DNA of 64,000 nt from Octopus sinensis (taxonomy: Eukaryota). The notes under the pieces are model-generated. The model saw only the letters and a list, made by a program, of their open reading frames with translations. It was not told the DNA's origin and made no database searches. The DNA lies in the NCBI RefSeq assembly GCF_006345805.1, contig NC_043004.1, forward strand, positions 96,038,001-96,102,000, read 5' to 3'. Below are positions 1 to 12,346 of the stretch, piece by piece. The position numbers and the translations under genes were made by a program. Positions within the stretch are counted from its first letter, which is position 1; every line of letters begins with the position of its first letter.

Positions 1-1013
1 GATTTTTTTATTATGATAAAGAGAAATTTCAACAAAAGTAAGCGATTGTCTTCAACTTGTTATTCTGAAGATTCTGACTTGCCACTTGTAAGTCTTTCAT
101 CGTTCTGCCAATTCTATTTAACTCAAATATCTTTCCATCAACAAGCTATTCCACTGAGAAAGCAAATGAAAAACAAAAACTCACTTAACAAACCAAATAC
201 CTAAGTAGTTTATTTAAGAACACAGAAGAATTATGTAAATTTGAAAGAAGAACAATTGCCTTCCAAATTTTACACCGTAACTGGAATTCCTTGGTGTAAT
301 TTTAAAGAATTTATCACTGCAACAGTTTGCTTAACTGGTAGCTACAGCTAAAATATATTTGTCTTGGGTTTTTTTCTTTACCGTTTTTTTTCTTTTCTTT
401 GTATGGAAGGAAAATAAGAAAAGAAAATAATACAAACAGCAGAATAGTATTTGCTGAATAAGAAATTTTTGTTTGCTTAATAATTGTTTCAGGGTTTCCA
501 AACCCCTTGTTGAAGACAAATTTTTCTTAAATTTGATTTCTGCAAGGAAGGTTTATGTAAAATATATCTGGAGAATAGAATTATGGAAAGGAATCTGCTG
601 TAAATGTATTATCTTGAATGTTTAAAAAAAATTTTTTTTCTAGTTATAACTGTATTAACTGGGAGAATATACTCAATATTCTATGAACAAACATACAGAA
701 AATTTCTATCCATTTCATATTTTCTACACCATTCTGAACATAGTATATTGTCATTTAAATATGCAGTCAGCTTATGAAAAAAAAAAAAGAAGAATTATGT
801 AATTATGAAATGAGAAAAGGTTCTGTAATTATATTGCTCAATGCAAACTCTGCTTCAGTGCACTATACAAACAATGTCCATTATCTATATTACCATTCAA
901 AACCTGCTGAAAATATACTGTTGTTAATACAATTTAAAACAGTGTTTATAATTGTGATGTGAACATACACACATACCTATGTGTTAAATTATATATATAT
1001 GTATATATATATG

Positions 1014-1065
<52 letters not shown>

Positions 1066-1853
1066 TATATATATATGTGTATATATATACATATATATCC
1101 GTATGTATTATATAAATGCATATATGCATGTATGTATATGTATACACTCAAATAGGGACGGACATACACATGTGCACAAATACAACATACTTGTTTTTAT
1201 TCTTAACATCCAATTATCCATACTGCCATGATTAGCATAGATGCTTGCAAGTTTGAAGATTAGACTATTGCCGGAACAATTGTTTTTACACCTGGATTAA
1301 CGAAAAAGCATTGTTTGCAGAGAAGCATTAAATAAATCCTTGCTTGAATGTATTTGTTTTGTTTCAAATACACTTTCAGAATATTAATTATTAATCATTT
1401 CATAGACTGTCTGATAACATTTATGAACAATGTAGCAATGAAAAATTTAATATGTGTGACAATTTGTATGAATTTCAGCCGGGAGCTGTACCACAATGTA
1501 AATTTATAAATTGGATACATTGTTTGAGGTTTTGTTTTTTTTAATTGCTAACTTGAACCAGTCAACATACGTATGGTAGACGTGTATTTTTATGTGTGTA
1601 TGTATGTATGTATAAATACATATAAATATATGTGTGTGTTGTGTATATATGTATGTATGTGTGTATATATATATGTATATATGTGTATGTGTATATATGT
1701 GTGTATATATATATATATATGTATTAATATATATATGTGTGAACACATGCATATATACATATATATATATGTTCATTAAAATTTTCATTTTATATCTTTC
1801 ATATACATATATATATATATATATATATATGAATATGTATATGTATATATATG

Positions 1854-1894
<41 letters not shown>

Positions 1895-2359
1895 TATTAT
1901 ATATATATATATATATATATGCACACATATAAAGTAGGTGCATAGATAAATAGATAGATATGTATGTATATTTACATTCTAAGTGTGTGATTTGCCAAAT
2001 CAAGATAAGAATTTTTAATTTAATAAATCTCAGTTTTAAATTCTCAGAATATTATTGAAATTATCTCCCTCTTTCTTGTCTGTCTTTCTTTCATTGCCTT
2101 TTTTATTCTATTTACAGCAAATAAATGATATATTTATACACACTGCAGGGCAATTTATAATGGACGACTAAACCAACACCAAAACTGAAAACTTCCTCAC
2201 AGCATCACAATGTTCTCCACCATGTACCACTAAGATAACAAATTCAGTACCCATTTACTCAGGAAACCTTTGAAACACCTCTCCTCTCCATGTAATAGAG
2301 AAAACATTTATATTAAGTTAATTAAAATGATCGCTATAAACCCACCTTGATCTATAATT

Positions 2360-2719
2360 ATGTTTCTGTATCTCCGACGCCGTGGTGATCTCATTCTTGC
2401 TCACAACATCATAAGCGGAAAGTGTAACCTCTCGAAGGAGCTGTTCTTCACACCTTCTCCAGAACATCGGCTGCGGGGTCATTCTGAAAAGCTCTATCTG
2501 CGACGATTTCATCTCAATCGAAGTAGAGGGGCTTTCTCCGTCCGGGTTGCGGATCCGTGGAATAAGCTGCCGGACGAGATGGTGAAGATGCCGATGACCG
2601 CTCAGTTCAAAGTCTCCCTTGACCACAAGTGGCCTGAACTCTTTACATGAACACCACCCTGTACATAACTCCATGTCCCCCTACATGGCCTTGCTTTTTT
2701 GCTTTTTGAGCCAAAAAAT

Positions 2720-2751
<32 letters not shown>

Positions 2752-2762
2752 AAACTAACTGA
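2360..2762 (+). mobile_element. 5'-truncated CR1/L2-clade LINE: ORF2 C-terminus, short 3' UTR and (CTAA)n tail
   Basis: ORF 2360-2650 reads RRRGDLI...RLRGHSEKL...RGAFSVRVADPWNKLPDEMV...FKVSLD, the typical CR1/L2 post-RT tail. It is followed by a (CTAA)n tail at ~2719-2760. Confidence 0.85.
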
Positions 2763-3260
2763 GATGTTACTTATTTCAGAGGGCAACCATACTAAATAAA
2801 AATAGTTATGGAGGTGATTACTTAACACTCTTGCCACAGACAATATTACCATTACTGGTAGTTTGACAAAATGCACTCATTACGCAAATACACCTGATGA
2901 TGCTCATTGAAACAAGTGTAGGCACACATCAAACCCATGCTAACTTAGTAAAATGGACGTGAAAATGATGCCGAGGACATATATCTATATATATCATCAA
3001 CATGATCATCATTGTTTTAACAATCACACTTCCATGCTGAAATGGATCTGATGGAATTCGTCGAGGCAGCTTTTCTACAGCTGGATACCTTTCCTGTTAC
3101 CAACCCTTACTTGTTTCCATGTAAGATAATATTTTCCCATGACCAAACGTGTTATCACAGATGATTGTAAAACAAGGACATTGTCTGCATGACGGTGACA
3201 CTTGTTTTGCAACGATCACATGATATTAAGCCAAGGAGACAGTTACACCCTATATATATA

Positions 3261-3541
3261 TCATCATCATCATTTAGCGTCCGTTTTCCATGCTAGCATG
3301 GGTTGGACGGTTCAACTGGGGTCTGGGGAGCCCGAAGGCTGCACCAGGCCAGTCAGATCTGGCAGTGTTTCTACAGCTGGATGCCCTTCCTAACGCCAAC
3401 CACTCCGAGAGTGTAGTGGGTGATTTTTTATGTGCCACCGACACAGGTGCCAGACGAGGCTGGCGAACGGCCACGCTCGGATGGTGTTTTTATGTGCCAC
3501 CGACACAGGTGCCAGACGAGGCTGGCAGACGGCCACGCTCG
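3261..3541 (-). mobile_element. Family B: RTE-LINE 3' UTR fragment with (GAT)n tail
   Basis: (CAT)n-...CCATGCTAGCATGG-...GGATGCCCTTCCTAACGCCAACCAC plus tandem GTGCC..GGCAC units; same sequence at many other loci in the window. Confidence 0.8.
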
Positions 3542-3562
3542 ATATATATATATACATATATG

Positions 3563-3615
<53 letters not shown>

Positions 3616-3668
3616 CGACAACGACGACGATGATACATATATATATATATATATATATAAATATATAA

Positions 3669-3710
<42 letters not shown>

Positions 3711-4115
3711 GCAAACATACAAACACACACACATATATGTAATTATACATACGTGCATACACACATATGTGTGCCTGTATACATATATGTGTGTATATAT
3801 ATATATATATATACATATGTGTGTGTGTGTGAGTCTAGTAGAAAAAAAAATGAAAGTTCACTTAACCAGAATTTGTAGCGATGGAGAAAAATCAAAGGAA
3901 CAGCATCCAGCCTCTTTGTTAGAGAGATGCACGGATAATTGAATCAAAGGAATTATAAAATGAAAGGTAAAATCCATACAAGTGAGAATTGAACATCAGA
4001 TTATAAAGTCTGAAAATGGCTATTTGAAGCTCGGAACTCATACTAGAAGCACACAATGTAAACATTATTATTAAAATTAAAATTATCCAAAACAAGCCAT
4101 CTCTACTCATATTTT

Positions 4116-4155
<40 letters not shown>

Positions 4156-4158
<3 letters not shown>

Positions 4159-4493
4159 CCGCCCCGTCTGGCCTCCCTGCCGGTGGCACGTAAAAGCACC
4201 ATCCGTTTGTGTCTGTTGCCAGCCTCGCCTGGCTCCCGTGCCGGCGGCACGTAAAAGCATCATCCATTCATGGCCGTTTGCCAGCTCTGTCTGACACCTG
4301 TGCAGGTGGCACGTAAAAAGCACCCACTACACTCATGGAGTGGTTGGCGTTAGGAAGGGCATCCAGCTGTAGAAACACTGCCAGATCAGACTGGGCCTGA
4401 AACAGCCTTCTGGCTTCACAGACCCCAGTTGAACCGTCCAACCCATGCTAGCATGGAAAACGGATGTTAAATGATGATGATGATGATGATGAT
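4156..4493 (+). mobile_element. Family B: RTE-LINE 3' UTR fragment with three tandem units
   Basis: GGCACGTAAAA(A)GCA(C/T)C units, GAGTGGTTGGCGTTAGGAAGGGCATCCAGC, CCATGCTAGCATGG, (GAT)n tail. Confidence 0.8.
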
Positions 4494-4795
4494 AAAACCT
4501 CAGTTTATAAATTTAATTTACTCCTGAAGGCCATCTGTCACCCAAAATGTTTGTAAGTCAAAAGTAATTTTCCCATAGAAAATTCATGAGAAGGCACTGT
4601 AAATTTGAGCAGGGATGTTCACTAAAACTTAGACACAAACTGATGTTGTCCAATTGATTCTCCCAGTTTGTCACAACCTATTCTTGCCAGCTTGTATGTT
4701 TGTTACTTGAGGCATTGTTTGTTAGCCAAGATGCTTTATGCTCAAAAAATTGTTCATGATGTGAGAGGGGTTCATAAACCAAAGTTCTACTGTAT
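4494..4795. mobile_element. Possible decayed Tigger/pogo-like MITE
   Basis: Right end GTTCATAAACCAAAGTTCTACTG-TA partly matches the reverse complement of left AAACCTCAGTTTATAA; internal GTAAGTCAAAAGTAATTTTCCCATAGAAA resembles Tigger-type MITEs. Confidence 0.35.
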
Positions 4796-5404
4796 ATGTA
4801 TGCATATATTTTGTGTGTGTGTGTATATATATATATATAGAAAGAGAGAGAGGTAATGGTGTCAATAAGACCCAAAGATGTCAGGTAAGGCTGAGTAAGT
4901 GCTATGGACAGACTATAGTTAAGCTCCAGGTCCGGTAATTATCCCCAAAACAGCTGTAAGACCTTCTATTTATAAATGTTCTAAAATCTTTCACAGCCTT
5001 GGATTTTTATCTCATTTTGAAAATTTATATATATATATGCAATCACTCCTACCAGCCTTGCACCACCAAATTCATTTATAAGATCATGGATGGTACACAG
5101 AACTCTGACAGAATCGTCTATCCACCCAGCATCATGCAGTGTCACAGAAATGAAGACCACATGCTTGTGAAACAAGATTGTATGTGATATGTGTGCATAT
5201 ATATATATGTGTGTGTGTGTGTGTGTATACTGTTCCATAACTACCATCTCTGAAGAGTGCAGAGTTATATAACTTGGTTTTTACCTAACACTCTGTTGAA
5301 CTCCTAGTGTGAAACTAACTGGTAAGATTAGCTGTAATACTGTAAACTACAATTAATATATCATCATCATCATCATCATATGTATATATATATATATATA
5401 TATA

Positions 5405-5648
5405 TAGCTATACACACATATCCTTCCGGTCTTTCAAAATGTGACCTCGTGTGTACCATTGGCGATTTTTTTCCTCTGTCTTCCCTTCTCTGGATCTTTC
5501 CTTCTCCTATGTTTCCGACGAAGAGCTCCGCTCGAAACGTTAAACCCTCCTTCTTTCCTTCTTTCCTGAGCGTCCAATAATACTATATTTGTTCCACGTC
5601 CTCGCGTTGTTGTGTTTTTTTGTGCTTTCTTGTTTGGATTAACTATAT
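5405..5648 (+). mobile_element. Penelope-like element terminal-repeat fragment
   Basis: Carries a hammerhead-like core (GAAGAGCTCCGCTCGAAACGTT); a near-identical inverted copy lies at 45096-45300. Confidence 0.65.
5511..5545 (+). ncRNA. Minimal type I hammerhead ribozyme-like motif (core CCGACGA)
   Basis: GTTT-CCGACGA-A-GAGC(TCC)GCTC-GAAA-CG-T-T-AAAC: stem I GTTT/AAAC, stem II GAGC/GCTC, palindromic ACGT stem III, GUU cleavage triplet. Confidence 0.55.
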
Positions 5649-5936
5649 GTATATATATACATACATACATACATGCATCATCGATGATGATATACATACA
5701 TGCATTTATATATATATATTCACACACACAACATAAGTAAAATAATCCCTCAAGTTTTGAACATGCAGAAAGAACAACATAGTTTTTGAAAGAATTTTCT
5801 CAAACAGCAGATTTTAACTGAGCTCTAAAAATGCAGAACAAAGATACACTGCTAATGGGATTATTTCATTGGTTATACGAAGAGTAATTAATGAGCCAGT
5901 AGGGAAACTTAGATTCTAAAGTATCCACAGAGACAA

Positions 5937-6311
5937 AATAATAATAATAATAATGATAATGATAATAATAACAACAACAATAATAATAATAATAATAATA
6001 ACAATAATAGCAACAACAACAACAACAACAATAGCAATTATAATAATAAATAAATGAAACAACATGAGTAACATACCTATTAGAATTGCCATCATTTGAA
6101 CAGTTCCGCAGTAAATAGCCATTTTGACAGATTTGCAACTGTACAGCGTTGCCGTTGTTTAGAACTCTTTAATTTTTCATCTTTTGCAGCTTTTTTTTTA
6201 TTAATTTTTTTTCCTCTTTGCAATTACTATCCTTATTATTATCATCACCATCATCATTTTCATCATCATAATCATCATCAACATCATCATCAGTTATTAT
6301 TATTATTATTA

Positions 6312-6342
<31 letters not shown>

Positions 6343-6374
6343 CATTATTATTATTATTATCATTATTATTATTA

Positions 6375-6429
<55 letters not shown>

Positions 6430-6432
6430 GTT
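5937..6432. repeat. (AAT)n/(AAC)n array and opposite-polarity (CAT)n/(TTA)n array
   Basis: Direct reading: 5937-6050 and 6231-6432. Confidence 0.95.
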
Positions 6433-7340
6433 GTGTCCATTAGTTTACTTTGGATTGAATACATAATTACCTCAAATATTTTTTTTTTTCAATTTCAATT
6501 GAAAGTTACTGTTCCATGAAATGAATTGGCTTAATTTGTTTCTATATTTTTTTTCTATGGTGGTGGCGACGATGGTAGAGGAAGGGTGGGGTGGTGGTGC
6601 TATTTTTGATTTCGTTTTTATTGTTTTGTGTTTTTTTTAAAAATCTCTTTTATTGAAATATTATTTAAATCTTTTTATCGATTCCGTAATTTGTGACATG
6701 GTCTCCCTCACATTTTTCTTTATATTATTATTATATATTTTTTTGTTTATTTTTAATGTATCTTTTATTCATTCATTCATCCATCCATCCATTTCTTTAT
6801 AGTTTATTGCTGTCTGTTTTTCTTTTACTTAAATTTTCATAGAAATACAAATCTTTAGTTTGGAGAAACATTAAATTTTTAAACTGCTATCCCCTTCCAT
6901 TGTTTGGCTATTTGTCTATTTTTAATATCCTATTCACTAAGCCGTTTCCACAGAATCAGGGAATTTTTCCCACGAAAATTGTCATCGCCAATATAAAAGA
7001 CTTCTATTGAAGTCTCTTGGCTGGAATTTATTTTCAGTTTTGATAACTTTTGATATTAATTTCTCCATAGAGGAAAGGAATTTCTTCATTTAGAATTGCA
7101 AAGATAAAAATCAAACCTCAAAGTGATTGACGTCTGAAATTGGAGTTCTTTGTCTCATAATGTTTGCATCTTCTCATTAATTTTAGCTAATGAATGATTG
7201 CAGTGGTAAATGTTTCTTTAACAACCATTCCTCTGATGTGTCTATGTGTCAATCTATGTCCACATAGATGCATACATAGAACAAAGTGGGAGAAAATATT
7301 TATATGGTGTATGTGAATGTGAATTTTGTGAGTGCATGTG

Positions 7341-7375
<35 letters not shown>

Positions 7376-7832
7376 GCACGTGTGTATATGTGTGTGTGCG
7401 TTTGTGTGTGTTTGTGTAAATACAGAAAATTATAACTTCAAAATTTGATTTCTTAAGGCCATATAATTCATATGTGTGTGTGTGTGCATATGTGTGTATG
7501 TATGTATATATATATATATATATAAATATAATATATAAATATACATGCATATCTATTTGTGTGTGTGCATGTTTGTGTGTGTGTATGTTAGTGTAAGTAT
7601 ATTATCCTCGTTGTTCTCATCATCAGTATGTTACATCTACGTCTACATTTTTCCATGCTAGCATGGGTTGGATTAGACTTTTTGCAACAGTTTTGATTGT
7701 AAACACATGCAGATACCCACATATGTAAGCATGTAGGTATGAATATATTTATATATGTGTATATGTATGATTTTACTTCAGGTTAATTTAAGCACTTCTT
7801 GAAAAAAACAAGTAAAAGAGTAAAAGAGAATA

Positions 7833-8010
7833 ATAATATTGAAAAATACCTTAGGAATGAGAACCCAGGTTCGAAATTTCCCCAAAACACCTGATGAAAG
7901 CTGGAGGGTATATCAGCTGAAACGTTGTGTTAACAACAAACAAGATGAGGACAAATATCCAGCAATTGTAAATAATGTACATAATTCCTCATCCCTTAAA
8001 TATAGAACTG
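7833..8010 (+). mobile_element. Penelope-like element terminal-repeat fragment (second family)
   Basis: Contains the CTGATGA...GAAACGTT hammerhead core typical of PLE repeats. Confidence 0.6.
7886..7931 (+). ncRNA. Minimal type I hammerhead ribozyme (canonical CUGAUGA core)
   Basis: AACAC-CTGATGA-A-AGCTG(GAGGGTATAT)CAGCT-GAAA-CG-T-T-GTGTT: 5-bp stem I, 5-bp stem II, palindromic ACGT stem III, GUU cleavage triplet. Confidence 0.65.
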
Positions 8011-8017
8011 TATCTAA

Positions 8018-8018
8018 A

Positions 8019-8053
<35 letters not shown>

Positions 8054-8054
8054 C

Positions 8055-8132
<78 letters not shown>
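8018..8132. repeat. (TATC)n tetranucleotide microsatellite
   Basis: Direct reading. Confidence 0.95.
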
Positions 8133-8930
8133 GTATGTGCATGTAATGCATACATTGGGCTTCTGTTCAATTCCTGTTAACTACAGTCTACATACAAGTG
8201 TAAAAGTGAGGCTATCAGAGAAGAAATTTTCTTAACATGCCATGCGGATAGATCTAACTCCAAATCATGTAGTCAATAAACGAACTTCCTCTCCACACGA
8301 TCCCAGCCCACTTGTGCTTGTACATATACCCCTATCACTTATATGTTTCTCACTCTCACCTTCCCTTCATGCAAGCCTTAATGACCTATTCACACTCATC
8401 AATTACCCCCTATCTCTCACCCTTCCCCTATCTATTCTTTTGTTCTGATATTCATCACTTTCTTTGTACTACCACGCATCACCTTCCCTCCTCTGAGTAA
8501 CCTCTATTGACATCTTTCTTTCATTCTTACCTCTTTCCCCAATTCACATGTGGTCAATATACACTATTCACAACGTTCCCTCTACTTCGTTCTCTAACCA
8601 TCTCTGTTTCTCTCCCTCCAATCTTACAATCCTTAACCACTCACCCTTCTGTTCATGTATTGACTGCTATTCCCCTTCTTGTGCCTCTGATATTTCTTAA
8701 CCTCTATTTTAATCTCTCTTTCCATCTTCACTCTGATTACTCGCACCTACCCTTTTATAATGTAGCACAGGAATATATCTCTTCTCCTACAAGAAACCTG
8801 TTCCTCTCCATTCCATCAGAACTTGACTTGGCAACATCTGGTGTACAACCAGTTCCCTTTTTACTATGCTACCATTCAGACAAGAGGGTTCTTGCAAGTT
8901 ACATGGTAGATTCACTGTTGCATCGCCAAT

Positions 8931-9520
8931 TGTTATGACAATACTTTTTAAAACCTTATAACTGTGTAGTAATAATAAAACATATAACGAACCTGGAATA
9001 CAACAATGTAACAATCCAACAAACTCTTCACAAACTATACACGAAACAACAAACAATATTCTGACAAACTACCAAAACAACACCTTATAACTTCCTGTAA
9101 TTAACGCCTACTCTCTCTCTATCTCACTCAGACTGCTACTATTTATAGTTGTTCGGTCAAGTCAAGGAAATTTGTACATGTAAAAGTAAACGAAGTGAAT
9201 ACTAAATTACAACTAGATACTGGTAGCAGCATGTCGCTTATTAAAACCAACCCGTGGAAAAGAATTGGGAAACCTACGTTAAGAAAAAACATACAAAATT
9301 GCACTAGGCCTGGCAGGTGAAAACTACACTTCGTAGGCGAAATGTGGAGTGTGGAAATATGCACGAACCAACAAATGATATTCCGACAAACTACCAACGA
9401 CACCTTACGACTTCCTGTGATTAGCGCCTAGTCTGTCTCTATCTCATTCAGACTGCTACTATCTATAGTCGTTCGGTCAAGTCTATTCTTACAGGGGGTG
9501 TTGTGACTCTTGCTACAACA
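8931..9520 (-). mobile_element. Gypsy-type LTR (TG...CA) with adjacent PBS and an internal insertion
   Basis: Bounded by TGTTATGAC and CTACAACA; the minus strand continues ATTGGCGA (PBS-like, 8923-8930); TATAAATA on the minus strand; ~115-bp direct repeat at ~9048-9163 and ~9368-9483. Confidence 0.6.
9164..9365 (+). pseudogene. Gypsy aspartic protease fragment (frameshifted)
   Basis: RKFVHVKVNEVNTKLQLDTGSSMSLIKTNPWKRIGKPTL with the LDTG catalytic motif; a frameshift follows. Confidence 0.8.
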
Positions 9521-10876
9521 TTCACTAATGCTGTTTCCATAAAGTAAATATTCTACAAACTCTGTAAACTGGTTGGCATTAAAAACTTTGCTAAAGCAGG
9601 GGCAAGATGTGTGGTTCTCTAAGCTTTTGGGTTTCATTGAACCATCTAAACCATGCCAGCATGGAAGCAGGCATGAAATAACTATGAAGATGATACATTT
9701 TGTAAGTGCTGGGTAGAAAGATTTGAAACTCATGTTTACATCTCATGTAATAAAGGTGTTATTTCTAATTGTCATTATACTGAAAATTGGTAATTTTTTG
9801 TTTTTGTTTTTATAAATTCCAGAAGCTGAATTCTTCTCAACGACATGCAATCCTTATTTGAGAACTTTCATCAAGAAATCCTTTGCATTAATCTGCAACA
9901 TATCTTCTAAAACCAGCACCATAGCTTTCCTCTAATTTTTGGTAAAGTTTTTGTTTCAAACATTCCATTATACAGTTTGCATAAGCTGGACTGGAGTTAG
10001 TTCCCATAGCAGTACCTGAAAACTCCAGGTAATTTTATTCTATTATAAAAATTACTTTTCTCCAAAATACAACCGACACTGTCTAATGTGAAGCATGGGA
10101 AAATCTATTGGGAATCACCTCTATGTGATTTTTGACTGAATACTTTAATGTTGTTATTCCTAAATCCCATGAGATATACATGTAAAGATTGCTACATCAA
10201 AGCTAACTGAATATAAAAATGTACTTCTGTTGTTTTGAATAAATGAGAGTGGAAATCAATATCATCCTGAATGAAATTCATGCTGATGATGTACAGTGGT
10301 TTAAAAATAATGTGAACAAAATTGGTGAAGTAGTTATTACAGATGTATGACTTTATATGTGTGTATATATACATATATATATATATATACACACACATAT
10401 ATAAAATCATATACACACACACATAGAGATACTAACGATACTAATAACCAGGTGCTGCGACTCAACATAATTATGCTTTGTAATTAAGAATGTATAGAGT
10501 GTAATATCAATTGATAAATGACAAAGAACAGAAGTTATGTAATCACCTTCTTTAGCTTAGAGCTGTCTCTGCTATAAAAAGCAATGTATTCAGAATACCT
10601 GTGCCATTAAAATAGCTTCAAGAATGCTATAGGATGTTTCATAAGCACTCAGCTCTAAGTACACTGCTTGTTATAGTAGAAACTGTTGTACATTAAGGAA
10701 GATGGTTGCATAACTCCTGTTTATTTTCATTCATTAGTTGATGTATATATATACATGCATGAGTACAAGTGCTGTATGTTATGTGTGAGTAGATATATAT
10801 CTGTGTGTGTGTATCTACATATATAGGTATGTATATATCTATATATTTTTATGTATATAGACATGTTTATACATAC

Positions 10877-10953
<77 letters not shown>

Positions 10954-10957
10954 TACC

Positions 10958-11009
<52 letters not shown>

Positions 11010-11949
11010 CATACCTATATATATAAACAGTTGTAGTCATTCTTTAGTATTTGGTGATCGTAACTACTATTTAGTTTGGGGTATTAACTTAAAACTCTAG
11101 ACACACACTCCAAAATATAAGTACATTCAAGTATTGTTTGTTTTATTCAAGGTAGCTACATCAGAAGTAACTAAGCAGATGCCTTTAATATGCTATCCAT
11201 GCACCTAAGAATTTTGACAGCTATTAAAGCAAATAGAGACATTTCTGACAAATGCTTCACAGAAGAAACTCTAGTATTTCTGTATGCTTAAATATATAAC
11301 TGAAAAAATATGCATTTATTTTGGAGCAGTAAAGCAAACTTACATGTGCTTAATACTAAACAGTAGAAAGAAAAATATTCTGCGATTTGTTTGCATTCAA
11401 AATCAGCTGATATATTGTCATCTGTTTGAATATTGCATTACATAAACTAGACAAGATTGTAATCAAAGAACAGAAGTATAATTGAAAAAGCATTTTTGAA
11501 GATGTGGATATGTTTCGACATATAAAAAAAAGGAACCAATGTGCAAATATAGAGAAACAACAGTAACAGAAGACAGGCCTATATTCTGTGGTATCGTCTG
11601 CATTCGAGGTTTGCAAGCTTAGTCAAATTTATAAATAGATTTTTCTTAGAAGTTCAGAGAAGATTCAATTGCTTTAATTTGATATATCACCGATGGTCCC
11701 TGCTCCTCTTAGATGTTTCCTCCAGCTTGGTTTTCTTCTTATAAAATGTAGCACAACAACATTTCAACAGTTTGTTTTTTGGTTTCTGTGATGTCATCTA
11801 TCTTAACAACTGTAGAATAACAACTCACCACCAACCATTTCTTATTCTTCCATTAAAAAACCAATCAAATACAGCCCTACCTCCTTACAGTAAAAAGTTT
11901 TGCTTCACTCCACACCTCTGAGCATTTACATTTTTTCCTCTATATGATA

Positions 11950-12346
11950 GGCGCAGGAGTGGCTGTGTGGTAAGTAGCTTACTAACCAATCACATGGTTC
12001 CGGGTTCAGTCCCACTGCGTAGCATCTTGGGCAAGTGTCTTCTGCTATAGCCCCGGGCCGACCAATGCCTTGTGAGTGGATTTGGTAGACGGAAACTGAA
12101 AGAAGCCTGTCGTATATATGTATATATATATATATATGTATGTGTTTGTGTGTCTGTGTTTGTCCCCTTAGCATTGCTTGACAACCGATGCTGGTGTGTT
12201 TACGTCCCCGTCACTTAGCGGTTTGGCAAAAAAGACCGATAGAATAAGTACTGGGCTTACAAAGAATAAGTCCCGGGGTCGATTTGCTCGACTAAAGGCG
12301 GTACTCCAGCATGGCCGCAGTCAAATGACTGAAACAAGTAAAGAGT
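11950..12346 (+). mobile_element. Family A composite SINE (tRNA-like head, CORE-like segment, microsatellite, tail module)
   Basis: Head GGCGCAGGAGTGGCTGTGTGG (A box) and GGTTCAGTCCC (B box), CTTGGGCAAGTGTC, internal (TA)n(TG)n, tail ending GAAACAAGTAAAGAG. Confidence 0.85.

Noticed and set aside
6860-7250. Possible L1/Tx1 ORF2 C-terminal remnant on the minus strand
   Set aside because: Multiple stops and no diagnostic motif recognisable by eye.
11950-12030. tRNA genes at SINE heads (families A, C, D)
   Set aside because: A and B boxes are present, but there is no complete cloverleaf and each continues into SINE body sequence.
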